Origin: Hemiscyllium ocellatum
Lineage: Eukaryota
DNA length: 64,000 bases
Direction of reading: 5' to 3'
Assembly (NCBI RefSeq): GCF_020745735.1
Contig: NC_083435.1
Location: 21,017,231 to 21,081,230 of the forward strand
The first letter of the stretch is position 1. Each line of letters begins with the position of its first letter. A model generated the notes under the pieces. That model saw nothing but the letters and a program-made list of their open reading frames with translations, searched no databases and was not told the DNA's origin. The position numbers and the translations under genes are program-made. This document shows, in pieces, positions 36,720 to 50,927 of this stretch.

Positions 36720-38193
36720 CATAGAACAATACAGCGCCGAACAGGCCATTCGGCCTACGATGTTGTGCCAACCTGTGAACTCATCTAAGTTCATCCACCA
36801 GTGATATCCCATCATCATCCATGTGCTTATCAAAGAATTGTTTAAATCTCATTAATGTGGCTGAGTTAACTGCATTGCCAGGCTGGGCATTTCACGCCCT
36901 TGCCCTCACTGAGTAAAGAGCCTGCCTCTGACATCTGTCTTAAATCTATCACGCCTCAGTTTGTAGTTATGCCCCCTTTTACAAGCTGACGTCATCATGC
37001 TAGGAAAAAGACTTTCACTGCCCATCCTATCTCATCCTCTGATCATCTTGTATGCCTCTGTCAAATCCCCTCTTAGCCTTCTTCTTTCCAATGAGAACCC
37101 CGACCCCAATCTCTCAGCATTTCTTTAGACAACGCAACACCCTGATAAATCTCCTCTGCACGTTTTCCAGTGCTTACCCATTCTTCCTGTCATGGGGCGA
37201 CCAGAAATGTACACGATATTACAAGTACAGCCACACTAGTCATTTTGTACATTCGTAGCATTACATTATGACTCCAGAACTCAATCCCACTACCAATAAA
37301 AGACAAACATACTGTATCTCTCCTTAGCAGCACTATCAACCTGGGTGGCAACTTGCAATGATCTCTGCCTCTGCACACCCACACTACTAAGAACCTTTCC
37401 ATTGACCCAGTATTCTGCCTTCCTGTTATTGTTCCCAAAGTGAACCACCTCACATATATGCATTGAATTGCATTTGCCACCATTCAACCAAATTGTGCAA
37501 ATTATCCAAGTCCGCCTAAAATCTACAACATTCTTCCACACTGTCCACTAGTCCACCGACTTTAGTGTCATCTGCAAACTTACTAACCCATCCACCAAAG
37601 CCTGCGTTTAAATCATATGTAAAAATGACAAACAGCAGTGGTCTCAAAACACATCCCTGTGGCACACCACTAGTAACTGGGCTCCAGGCTTAATATTTTA
37701 GATCAACCATCACTCATTGCCTTCTTACAGAACGCCAGTTTCTAATCCAAACTCCTAAATCATCCTTAATCCAATATGTCTGCAGTTTCTCCAACAGCAT
37801 ACCATGTGGAAGCTTATCAAAGGCTTAGTAAAGTCCATGCACGCATACGTTAACTGCCTTACCCTCATCCATATGCTTTCTCACCTTCTCAAAAACCTCA
37901 ATGAGGTTTATGAGACATGACCTGCCCTTGACGAATCCATGTGGAATATCTGCAATCAAATTGTTGCTTGCAAGATGGTTATAAATCCTATCTCTCTTAA
38001 TCCTCTCCAATACCTTTCCTACAACAGACGTAAGGACGACAGGTCTACAATTACCTGGGTAATTTCTACTGCCTTTCTTGGACAAGGGCAGAATATTTAC
38101 AATCTCCGCTCCTCTTGTACTAAACCTGTAGACAATGACGACTCAAAGATCAAAGCCAAAGTGTCCATAACCTCTTCCCTAGCTTCACAGTGA
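36720..38193 (-). mobile_element. CR1 LINE, unit-2 copy of 2201-3672
   Basis: Same RT motifs in ORFs 37825-38085 and 37290-37541. Confidence 0.93.
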
Positions 38194-39181
38194 ATTTTCG
38201 AATACTGTGTAATGAGTTAGGTATTAAATGCATCGATATTTTGTTCGCAGTCTAGTAGGACACAAAATCAAAAGGTGTGATTGCATTGTATCCCAATTGG
38301 AATGCAATATCTCATTAGAGTTTCAGGTCACAAATTTTAAAACTGGAGTCTTCGATACTTAGACCAATAATGTACTCAGACTCTGACTGAATTGTTTCAT
38401 TTTACTCATTCGATTGCTTGTAATGAAGTTAAGTGCGTGAAGACATTAAGCAAACGTTGCACACAATGCATTACGTTGGCGTTCCCTCCCGAGTCGGCAT
38501 TCCTTGACATAGCTAGATGCGATAAAAAGATGAGTATTAAATCTTCACCCTCTTTTGCAAGCAACAAATCTTTAAGTTATGTATTGGTTAACGTGGCTCA
38601 TTATTCCACCAGGTCTTTCATGAATGCTGCTATTGTGCATGCTTCTTTAACCTCCTCTGGTAGCCTGTTCCAGGCATTCATTACTATTTGTTTGAAAAAA
38701 CTGTGTCGCACATCTCTTTTTAACTTCCTCTCATTCCTTTCTTGCACCTTGAACCTGTAATTGACTCCTCCACACTGGAAGATTCTGTTTGTTGATATGC
38801 AGTGTCTAATTATAATCCGAGGAATTTTGTGGCACAAGCACCAAAGCGGCAGTTTATGGAGGATGTGCTGCAAAAATGTCTGTACGAATGTTCTCTTTTT
38901 ATTAGAATATCCTTTTTTTTATTAATTATACTTAATTAACGTAAGCATATAGAGTAAATATCTGATAATATTCAGTGTGTGGTCTGTGCTCATCTCTTGA
39001 ACTTACCCTCGTCTTTTGAATGTCTATCGCTAACATTGTCATAAAAAGGAATCTAAAATAACATTCAAACACGTCAGATGTATGAAATTCATGATCATCC
39101 TTCTGAAATCATCAAAACAATTTTCCTTTAATTTTGCAACGCATTTTCATACTTTTCTTACTTCAATCTACATTTGAACAG

Positions 39182-39208
39182 AAAAAAGTCTTCAGGAAGA
39201 GAATGATG
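39182..39208 (+). CDS. Microexon B' (unit 2); (E)KSLQEEND
   Basis: tttgaacag|AAAAAAGTCTTCAGGAAGAGAATGATG|gtaatt. Confidence 0.75.
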
Positions 39209-42200
39209 GTAATTCTTTTAAGCATTTTGTCACTTCGCACATTTCAGGACAGTCGAATAATGCAACCGCAAAGGGAACACAATATTTGATAATGCGCGTT
39301 TCTTGATGAACAGCTAAGCACTGACTGATAGAGACATTGACATAGCGAGTGCAGAAGTCAGATGAGTATTGAAGTGTAAGTGCTCAATTTTGTTAAATTT
39401 TAAATCAGGCAGTTTAACTTTGATATATCATGCCCCTGAACACTCTTAATGAAGCAACAGCATGTCCAATGTGCATTCCTGGCTTTCACTTTTCAAAATC
39501 AAGGCACTTAGTCATAATTTATATAGCCTCTGGTGTATTTGTGTGTCATAAAGTCATTGCAACTCACATTCTTAACATTATTGTCAGTGGCATTCATATT
39601 CTACTCAATCTTAATCGTTAAATATTAACCAATTTAAAATAATGATTTGTCTTGAATTTCGATTGACACTGTTGAAATCGTAAATAATTAAGTGCGTCTC
39701 ATATTCATTGTAATGGAAGAATTCGACATAATGTGAGTATTTTACAGTCAACATCAGAAATGCTACTAAAACGTGACGTGGTCATTGAGCTACACGTCCA
39801 TGTCTAACGTGACCAAGTGTTAAAACATTTGTGTTCAGTTACAGCTGCTGGAAATCTGGGTTTCAAGTCTCAACGATGCTGAAATCAGCATACACTATAC
39901 CAACCATGAGTTATTCTCCCATTGCACGCACGCACAGGTTGTAAGGGTGGAAGGAAATGGAGCAAATCAGAAACTTAACAGGAGTCCGAAATGAAAGAAA
40001 AAAAATGCCCACCCTTCGCTGTTTGAAAGATTGTTTCTCAGGCGAAGTCATCGAGAAATATGTCCACAGCATTAGCAATGGTTCAACTGCACAAGGATGG
40101 GAGAGGAACAAGGCGCGCTGAGAAGTTAGGAAAAGAGTGTGGAAATAATAATAAAGCATACGTATTTCACAAAGGAATTTGGCAATTCTATTGATGCAGG
40201 TTTAGCACCAGGATACTATGTTGCATCCCTTTTCCCTGGTTGAAAATCATCACAAGATATCTGCAAGTCATTCTGAAGATGCTGGAGAGAGGTGGGGTGG
40301 TGGAGGAAGGAATGTGAAGATCAGCAAAACAAAACCAGAGGAAACAAGATGAAGGACTGATTTAGAATATTGAGTAAGTGGGTTCGATTCTAGGAAAAAA
40401 CAAGTTGGACATGATTCAACTGAGTACCCAGAAACAATATATTTGCAGGGTAATAATTTTCTTCACGTTCTGTGTGAGTGGACTCGAGGGCAGGAGACTG
40501 GAAACCAGTGCAAAGAGAGAAGAATGAATGTGAAAGATAGAAATGTACAAAGAAAACGAGCAAGGTAATTTGTAGTAGGGCTAGCACTTTTTAAAAATGT
40601 GAAAATAAGCATCTGTAAAAATGATTTATCTCAACTGCATGCAAATATGCATGGTCTAATAAAAATAAGGTAGCTATGTTAATAGCATAAATAGTTGTAA
40701 ACAAATACGATAACTCTGTGACTATGGATCCGACTGCAGTGTGATGTAGCGTGATAACTAAACACTCAAACGTATTCAATATTTAGGAAAGTCTGACAAA
40801 GGGGGAAACGAGAAAACTGCTGTTGCTAGTGAAAATACAAATCATTGTATACACAAACAGAGGTCAGAACTGAGGAAGAGTTATTGGACCAGAAAAGTAA
40901 CATTGATTTCTCTATACAGATGCTACCAGATCTACTGTGCTTCTCCAGCAATGTCTTTTTAATATTTCGGATTTACAGCATCTACATTGTTTCGGTTCTT
41001 ATAAATTATGTGTAGAAGCGTTAATGCATAATAACTAGTTGTCAAGATATTCTGGGTATTACTAAGAATTAACAACGGGTAGAAAACATTAGAACTTGTC
41101 TACACGCGTTCAAACTGTTCTGTTATAGAAGGGTGTTAAGCTGAATGGGAAATTAGACATCCATGGAGGAAGAGTGTTTCAGGATTTGTAAGTTTTAATG
41201 TATGTATTAACTGACAAAACCATGTTTGCAGTCATATTCATTCGGGTGAATTATTGCTCTGTAAAATATGCTTAGTTTTTCAAGTAGGAATCAACTGGAG
41301 AAGAAGCTATCTTAACGTTAGTTCTTATCCATAAAGTGTTTACTTTATAATGTTTTAAATGGTCCTACATCGAAACGAAAATCCAACTTAATATTAAATA
41401 ATTGTTAATTGTGATTAAATGGGAATTGAACAGAACAAAAACCAATGTCCAAAGTTTAATCAATGGAAACAAGACATTTATGAGGTGTGAGTTGTCCGTC
41501 AGAGATTTTGTCATTTCTGTACAGGGCATGAGGGTAAATAAGCAATGCTTAATATATATTTCAGGTAGTGGGAAGCATCATTTCGAGAGGGAGGACCTCT
41601 TTGATGAAACTTTCCACTTGTTTTGAAGCAGGCACAACTGGAGGCTGTGGGCAGATATGCTATTACTTAAACTGGAAGGACCCATTTCATTTTATAATGA
41701 CTGATTTATTTTTCCCCAAAAGTGAAGGCAATCTGATTTTTGCTATTTCAATTGATGAATTCTCCTACACTGACAAAGTCAATATAATGTATCCTTAATA
41801 CCTGGAATGAAATAATCAATAGAAGACCTGTCGGTCATAACACATTCAATTTGCTTTTGGTTTGAAAAACATGTTTAAGAACCAAGAAAATGCCAGTGTC
41901 CAAAGAAAAGCAGCGTCACAATTTACCACAATCGCTACCACTTTGAAAGACGCCTGCAAATTACCATTTTGAGAGATATCATTGCCTGGCTACTTCTTGG
42001 AAATAAACGCATGGAAGGTAAAGACTTTGCAAATAATCTCGTTTCTATATTGTTGGATAGCATCTGTTTTCAGTCATTTTCAGGCAATGGAAATCGTTCA
42101 GATAAGTTTAGTAAAGTATCATGGTTCCCACTGCTGATTTTTTTATTCAAAATATTTCGACTTATTTATTCATGTTGCTAAACTGATCCCAAATCTAATT

Positions 42201-43220
42201 AGCTGCACTGAAGTAATTCAAATAAAAGCAACAAATACATTTGCCAGTGGAGTGGTATTGCCATCTCTTGATCAGAAGTTGGTAAAATAGGATAACCCAG
42301 AAGGATTACAACGGTGGTTATGAGTTATCAAAACGCGTTTCATTTTCTGATTTGACTGGCACTTTTATTTCTTCCATGCAAGTGCTACCGTCACACACGC
42401 CATTGACGCCTTTGCCTCTCAATGCACGCCAATACATTAGAAATAGCATTGAAGTTTTAAAGGTATTGTGCTGAATCGTGTGCAAGCAAGAATTTTCATA
42501 CATTACTTCCCTGTCCTTAATGAGCTTATATTTGGGTAATTGCACAGCGTGAAGTCCAGTAGATAAAAGGAAAACAACTGGAAGAACATAAGCAATAGAT
42601 AATATTGGAAACACAGATATTTTGAAACAATTTAATCGGTTAATCTGGCAGGCATCCTATGTGGGGGAGAAAAAGATTACTCAACTTGCAAAGATGTTTA
42701 GTCGACTTAAATAAAATTTATACATGAAGAATAGCAAGAAGTGTTGATGCCACAGTAGAAAAAAGAATCGGCCAGAGAAAAATATATTACAATAATTTGT
42801 CTACACTAAATAACGCTTGGTATTACATTTTTGTAGCAGCCTGTAATGAATCAAATTAGGGGCTTTGTGCCCGAGTACGATGCTAGTCTGTTATGTTTTG
42901 TTTCCATGCAATTACAAATTGTCACCTATCATGCTCCCGCACTGCAGTTACCACGTGGAAACAAAATTAAAAATTCAACCTGTAGAATTAATTTCTCGTT
43001 GGATATAAAACTGGTCGCAAATATTGACTAACTTTTACATGAAAATGGAACATTGTTTTGAATATATGTTAAGTTGTGTTAACGGATAAATAGTTCACTA
43101 TTTAAAACAAAAACATTGCAAATTAATTGTTCATTCAACAATCTCATTTTTCCTTATGAACGAATAGAGAAATAATAGTTGTTATTTTCTGACCTCATTA
43201 AAACTTTATTTTTATTTCAG

Positions 43221-43244
43221 TGGAAACAATTATGCAATTGAGAG
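43221..43244 (+). CDS. Microexon C' (unit 2); (V)ETIMQLR
   Basis: ttttatttcag|TGGAAACAATTATGCAATTGAGAG|gtgagt. Confidence 0.85.
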
Positions 43245-45651
43245 GTGAGTACTTACGAAATAGCTCATGCTCTGTGGATGTTAATCACGTCGAGTAATAT
43301 CATCCAAACATTGATTAGAAATGAAAATTAAAAATCAATCATTCATAAACAAACGTGTTAGCATTGTTATTTAGTATGGTATAGCAATGATGTTCACTAG
43401 CACGTTGATGGTGGGGTACGTAATGGCTGCATTATGAATAATTTCATACAACCAAACATTTTTATGACAACGTATCTAATGGTCCAAGTAATTTAAATCA
43501 ATCGCTCACTGAAACATTAATTATAATTTTAATTTAATAATGTGTTTGAAATTGTAAAAAATCACACAAAACCAGGCTATAGTCCTTCATCAGGTGGCTG
43601 TGGAGTATGCTGGTGTTAAAATGTTAATATTAATATTGAAAATGTTAATATTCAAAACCATATGGCATTGCTGATTGAAGTATGTTCTATCTCGCAAACT
43701 AATATGTTGCTATGACACGAATGTGTGTGAACTGTATATCCTAATCTTCACTGGGTTATAATTAAAATGAAAGGTGACAAAAACAAATCAAGTCGATCAA
43801 TTCTACGACACAATACTAATTCAGATGATTCCAAATCGTTGATTGGGAAAAATAGAATGCATTACAAATCTAAGAAGCAGGCATGAATGATTTTTGCCAA
43901 GACGCTTGACAGAGTAATATATGGATGCAAGTTGCATTTATTTCACAAAATTCTGTAATACTACTGAGGTAGAGAAGAAAACGAAAGCTGTTTATTGCGG
44001 GATCTCTGCACTTTCACTTCCTGCAGAGCTGTATTTTCAGAATCATAATGATTATATAGAAGATTCAATTACAGAAAAGAATGGTCCAAACAATTGGAGA
44101 TGAGAAAAATCATTAAGCTGATGACACTTGACTTTCAATCAACTTACAAAATAGTCATAAGGTCAATAGTCTATGATTCTAATAATGTTAATAGTTGTGG
44201 ACATTGACACAATCTCAGATGACGAAGTTTGAAAGAGTTTTGAAAACATCTGGACTTAAATGTTAGCCTTGCAGGAGACCCTTATGTATTCGAATTATCA
44301 CGAAATAAAAAAAAATTTCATGCAGAAGCATCGACTTAGGCCCACCTCCGACAAGGGCCAATTTAACCTTCAACTGTTGGCATTCACTGATACAGCAGTC
44401 ATTACATCCCCCACCATCAACATACTAGTGGACATCATTGCTCAACCATGACCTACTGGTACTCTCGCTAGATTATTAATATGGAAAGTCAGCTAAAGTT
44501 CTCAGGACCCGTGTTCGAAATCCACAAAGACAGATGGTGGAACTTAAATTCAAATTTTTAAAAATCTGGAAAAAAGTATCTATAGATCATGATCGCCTGC
44601 TTTTCACCAGATGTATGGTGGTTATCAGTGCTGTCTCACGTCACCAGGAACCTGGGTTTCAATTCCAACTTTAGGCGACTCTCTATGTAGATTGTCCACT
44701 TTCTCTTCATATCTGTATGTTTTCATCTGGGTATACCGATTATCTCTCATAGTGCAAAGATGTACACATTGGCTGGGTTAACTTTTGGATTTCTGTAATG
44801 ACAGAGATGGGGTAGTCTGGATGGAAAGCATATGGAAGGGTCATTGTGAACTGCAGGGCTTCCATGGCTAGGGATCCAACGATTCTGTTCTGTCATTACC
44901 TGGATCAGTGCACAACCATCTATACTCAGCATCTGGCAGAAAGTAAGCACTTTGATTGGCAACCTAGTGCCAACTTCCAATATTAACTTTCACAACCATG
45001 AATGACAACGGAAGCCATATGTTCCCTCAAAAAAAAATGAATGGCAGTAACTCCCCAAATTTATTTCTACATGACCTTTCGAACTGCCAAGCTCTTTCTA
45101 CAAGAACGATAGGGCAGCTCATTCGTGGACATTCCACCACATGCGATTATCCCGTCAAGTCACAATTCATCCTGATGAGAAATGAGAAAACCCTCGTTTA
45201 ACAGTCTCCGACTGAGCATCTAATAACTCCTTTCCAGACATCACTATGGCTGTCGTTACCCATGAAAGAAAGCAAATTTTGAAACGCAATAACAGTTTCC
45301 TCAGGGCACATGCGAAGAGCCTAAATACTGTTCTCGATTACTACACAGCACAAATGATTTTTTAAAAAAGTACTTAACCTCTGTTCGTATTTGTGATCAT
45401 ATTTCACTTTGACAAACAGGACACTGCTGACAGTTATAATTTCCTTCTCCAATTTCGCAGTAGACATTCCATGCATGATCAAAAAAAAATTCCGAATGCC
45501 AAGTCTCAATGTGAAATGTTTTAATTGACTTTTAGCTTGAAATGTTTTGTTGAAACCATGGAATTGACAGTTTTAATAAAAAACCGTCATTTTGTTTCAT
45601 CAAAAGTCAAGTAGGGAGAATGAACATAATACTTTATGCCTTTCTCCTCAG

Positions 45652-45678
45652 ACCTGAAAGCTATTATGGAAGGTTTAG
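45652..45678 (+). CDS. Microexon D' (unit 2); (D)LKAIMEGL
   Basis: tttctcctcag|ACCTGAAAGCTATTATGGAAGGTTTAG|gtaaag. Confidence 0.8.
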
Positions 45679-47333
45679 GTAAAGAAATATGCCTCTATCG
45701 TCTGTTAGTACCATTTCAACATTGCTGAATTTGACCAAAAGATCTGTTTTCTTTCTATTTGATTCTATGACTGTATGATCCTATAAAGTCTTTTGACTTC
45801 AACATATCAAAATCAAAATTATCACCTTTTCAAACAAGCAAAACGACTACTGTGAGATCTGCAAGCTAACATGGGCTGACCGTGAGACAGGATATAGAAA
45901 AAAAAGTAATGTAGATTTCCCAATTGAAAGGAAAATTGAAATAAAAGAAATGTTAGGCTCATGAATAGAATCGATTTATTTTGGCTTTGCAAGCGTGTGC
46001 TGATTTACCATGTGTTTTCCTTACCAACCAAAAACAACGGAAGACTTTTTTTGTGCAGTCATATCTGGAATAATTGGTTATTTGGATCAAACGTAAGTCT
46101 CCTCTTGTCATTGTTAACCGTTGTTCGCCATCAGACCACACGAACATTTTTTTTTAACAATCGACTGTATGCTCTAAGATGTGATTCAGCAATTAGGAAG
46201 CACTTGAAAAACAACCTGAAAATGTAAAATATTGAACTAAGATACAATTTTCAGTAACATGCCAGATGGGTAAAATAGCTTTGTAAAGTTTGCTACAAGC
46301 AACGCATTAAACGTATCGGTGGAGGGGGCTATGTTCCCATTTACACACACATACACACACACTTCGCAAGCAAAAACTAGTCATATTATGAGATAAAATA
46401 TAATGAAAAATTGCTTTATAGTGTCTTTGTAAATATACAATAAATGCTGTGGTTTGAATTGCAAGTATGTTTGGATAATGCTACTAGTCATCAGATTATT
46501 TCCAGCAACCAAAAGGTCTTGAACCTTCAATTCTTTGGAGTTAAATTCTGAGTAAATTGACATCTGCTTATTAAAACCACTTGTCCAGGAGCCTTGAGGA
46601 GTGCTAAACATCAAACATCACGTCAGAACTTATAATGAAGTTGACAAAGCCACAATGCCTGTCTCGGACTAATTCCTCAATCATATGATACACGCAATTC
46701 TGAATGGCCTTTTCACAATATTATCAGTTTTCCAATGCCCTTTCGCAAAGTGTTTTCTTTATACTTGATTAGACGCTGTTCTGTCCGTGGTGTTTGGACC
46801 ATTCATTATGTGTCATTTTGTCTGTGGTGTTTACGTTATTTGCCCTTCAAAACCAGGTGGGATGAGTGCATCCCACTACAGTCTAGGGAACATCTCCAGG
46901 ACACTCGCATCAATCAACCACACCGGCCCGTGGCCCAACATTTCAACTTCCCCTCCCACTCTGCCAAGGACATGGAGGTACTGGGTCCCTTTCACCGCCA
47001 CTCCCTCACCACCAGACGCCTGGAGGAAGAACGCCTCACCTACCGCCTCAGAACACTTCAACCCCAGGGCATCAATGTGGACTTCAACAGTTTCCTCATT
47101 TCCCATTCCCCCACCTCACCCTAGTTCCAAACTTCCAGCTCAGCACTGTCCCCATGACTTGTCCGGACTTGTCCTACCTGCCTATCTTCTTTTCCACCGA
47201 TCGACTCCACCCTCTCCTCCCTGAACTATCACCTTAATCCCCTCCCCCACTCATCCATTGTACTCTATGCTACTTTCTCCCCATCCCCATCCTCCTCTAG
47301 CTTATCTCTCCACGCTTCAGGCTCACTGCCTTT

Positions 47334-47369
47334 ATTCCTGATGAAGGGCTTTTGTCCGAAACGTCGATT
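47334..47369 (+). ncRNA. Minimal type I hammerhead ribozyme motif in Penelope 5' pLTR
   Basis: attc-CTGATGA-a-gggc-tttt-gtcc-GAAA-CGTC-gatt: intact core boxes, stem II, palindromic ACGU stem III, GUC cleavage triplet, short stem I. Confidence 0.75.
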
Positions 47370-50300
47370 TCGCTGCACTTTGGATGCTGCCTGAACTGCT
47401 GTTCTCTTCCAGCATCTGGTTTCCAGCATCTGTAGTCATTGTTTTTACCTCGTTGATTTTAACCCTACTGCGAATCCTCTTGCAAAGATGCCTGCCTTGA
47501 AGAAATTTTCCTCCTCTCTCTACAAGAATCTAAGGAAGTCCCTCTCCCGCTGCAACTCCCAGGTGATGTCCTCTGCCCTGAAGCTATTCAACCATTTCGT
47601 GAAACAAACTCGCTACCACAGCCACATTTGCTTCCTCGGTGCCTGCCACCATCACCAACTCATCCCACACGGACTCCAGACTACATTTAAACCAGCAGAG
47701 TTCTGACCCGAGCAGGACAAACTGTACAGACTATAGATTCAAAACACCAGCAACAGTTCTCCTTCAAGATCCTTCACTCCACGCTCGCAGCAATGCGCCG
47801 GCACCTAACCTCTCTACAGTCAGCCCTGCCTCAGCTGAGGGCCACACTCTGTCAGAATTGCAAAGGATCCACGCTGTACTACATCCTCAGGAGAATTCAT
47901 ACTCTCAACAAACAGTATTGCAATTCCATCCCAAACATCAAAAACTGTAAGTACAACAAACATTTATCTACCCACCACCAAAACCAGCGCTCCTCAAACA
48001 TTCCAGAAGATTCCCCTGGCTTTGGAAACGACTCAGACGCCATTAGCCATGCGGCTAATGCAGCTACCACACCCACGCTGATTGATTATGTCACTTCCGC
48101 CATCATCATGGCCACTCCCACAACCGCTTCCGCCCCTCACAATTCCTCATGCATCACCTGTGACATCACGTAAGCCCCTCACATTATCGCTGACGCCACA
48201 TGCTCAATGACTTCTGCCACCCAAGTGCCGTGGTCACCACCTCTTCTGCCCTCACCAGCGCCACTCACCTGTATTCTGCTGACACGCACCCCACAGACCC
48301 CACTGTCACTATCCCCACGCCCCAGAGCCCCGAGGGGAACAATACCCCTGCTCATGACTCCACACCATTCCCCCCACCATCACACCCATTCCAGCTACTG
48401 GCTCCGACACCACTCCCAGCTCCATACCCACACCAGATCCCAGCTCCCAGCCCTGCCGAGTTTTCACCATCCCTCCAGACCTCTGCCTCACTGAGGACGA
48501 ACCATCAGTCCTCAGCAAAGGACTTGCCTTCATCCCCCTCCATCCAGGCATCAATCAATTTAATACACGCCGTGACGTCGAACAATTCTTCCGTCGCCTC
48601 CGCCTCCATGCCTACTTTCACAGCAAGGATTCCTGGGCATATTCCCACGACTCCTTCACCCACTTCCAACACACTGCATCCAACTGGACACCCCACGCTG
48701 GCCTATGACCTGCCCTCAACATCTTCATTCCAACTGCTGCCAAGACATTAACTGCCTCAACCTGTCTACATGCCTCCCCCACTCCAACCCCTCACCCTCA
48801 CAACGCGCAGCCCTCCAATCCCTCTGCTCCAATCCCAATCTCACCATCAAGCCAACGGATAAAGGGGGCGCTGTGGTAGTCTGGCGAACTGATCTCTACA
48901 CCGCTGAATCCAAACGCAAACTCGAGGACACCTCTTCTTACTGTCCCCTCGACCATGACCCCACCCCCATCACCAAACCATCATCTCCCAGACCATACAG
49001 AACCTCATCACCTCAGGAGATCTCCCACCCACGATATCCAACCTCATAGTCCCAGAACCCCGCATGGCCCAGTTCTACCTCCTTCCTAAGATCCACAAGC
49101 CTGACCACTCCTGGACGACGAATTGTTTCAGCATGCTCCTGCCCCACTGAACTCATCTCTACCTACCTCGACACTGACCTATCCCCCCTAGTCCAGGAAC
49201 TCCTCAAATTCATTCGAGACACCACCCACGCCCTCCACCTCCTCCAAGAGTTCTGTTTCCCCGGCCCCCAATGCCTCATGTTCACCATCGATATCCAATC
49301 CCTCTACACCCCCATCCGCCATGACCACGGCCTCCAAGCCCACCGTTTGTTCATTTACAGACGTCCCCGACAGTATCCTTCCACCGACACTCTCATTTGT
49401 TTGTCCGAATTGGTCCTCACCATTAACAATTTCTCCTTTGAATCCTCCCACTTCCTCCAGACTGAAAGGGTAGCCATGGACACACGTATGGGCCCCAGCT
49501 ATGCCTGTCTCTTTGTTGGCTACGTAGAACAGTCGATCTTCCGTAATTACACCGGAACCACTCCCCACCTCTTCCTCTGCTACATTAATGACTGCATTGG
49601 CGCCACCTCATGCTCCCGCGAAGAGGTTGAGCAATTCATCAACTTCACTAAAACATTCCATCTTGACCTTAAATTTACCTGGACCATCTCTGACACCTCC
49701 CTCCCCTTCCTGGACCTCTCCATTTCCATTAATGACGACCGACTTGACACTGACATTCTTTTACAAAACAAACGAATCCCACAGCTAACTGGATTACACC
49801 TCTTCCCACCCTACCTCTTGCAAAAATGCCATCCCGTATTCCCAATTCCTTCTCCTCTGCCGTATCTGCTCCCAGGACGACCAGATCCACCATAGAATAC
49901 ACCAGATGGCCTCCTTCTTTAGAGACCACAATTTCCCTTCCCCCGTAGTTAAAGATGCCCTTCAACACATCTCGTCCACATCCCGCACCTCTGCACTCAT
50001 ACCTCACCCCTCCAACCGTAACAAGGACAGAACGCCCCTGGTGCTCACCTTCCAACCCACAAACCTTCACATAAACCAAGTCATCCGCCGACATTTCCGC
50101 CACCTCCAAAAAGAGGCCACCACTAGGGATATATTTCCCTCCCCACCCTTTTCCACCTTCTGCAAAGACCGTTCCCTCTGTGACTAACTGGTTAGGTCCA
50201 CGCCCCACCCCCCCCCCCACCCACGACCCATCCTCCCACATTGCACTTTCCACTGCCACCGAAGGAACAGTAAAACCTGTGTCCACACCTCCTCCCTCAC

Positions 50301-50891
50301 TTCTATTCAAGGCCCTAAAGGAGCCTTCCACATCTATCAAAGTTTTACCTGCACATCCACTAATATCAATTATTGTATCCGTTGCTCCCAATGAGGTCTC
50401 CTCTACAATGGGGAGACTGGGGGCCTCCTAGAAGAGCGCTTTAGGGAACATCTCCGGAACACCCACATCAATCAACCACACTGCCTCGTGGCCCAACATT
50501 TCAACTTCCCCTCCCACTCTACCGAGGACATGGAGTTCCTGGGCCTCCTTCACCGCCGCCCCCTCACCACCAGACACCTGTAGGAAGAAACGCCTCATCT
50601 TCCGCCTCGGAACACTTCAACCCCATGGCATCAATGTGGACTTTAACAGTTTCCTCATTTCCCCTTCCCACACCTCACCCTAGTTCCAAACTTCCAGCTC
50701 AACACTGTCCCCATGACTTGTCCGGACTTGTCCTACCTGCCTATCTTCATTTCCACCTATACACTCCACCCTCTCCTCTCTGACCTACCACCTTCATCCC
50801 CTCCCCTACTCACCCATTGTACTCTATGCTACTTTCTTCCTACCCCCACGCCCTTTAGCTTATCGCTTCACGCTTCAGGCTCACTGTCTTT

Positions 50892-50927
50892 ATTCCTGAT
50901 GAAGGGTTTTTGTCCGAAACGACGTTT
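50892..50927 (+). ncRNA. Degenerate hammerhead motif in Penelope 3' pLTR (unit 2)
   Basis: CTGATGA..GAAA present but GAAACGTC is changed to GAAACGAC, so the cleavage triplet is lost. Confidence 0.55.
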
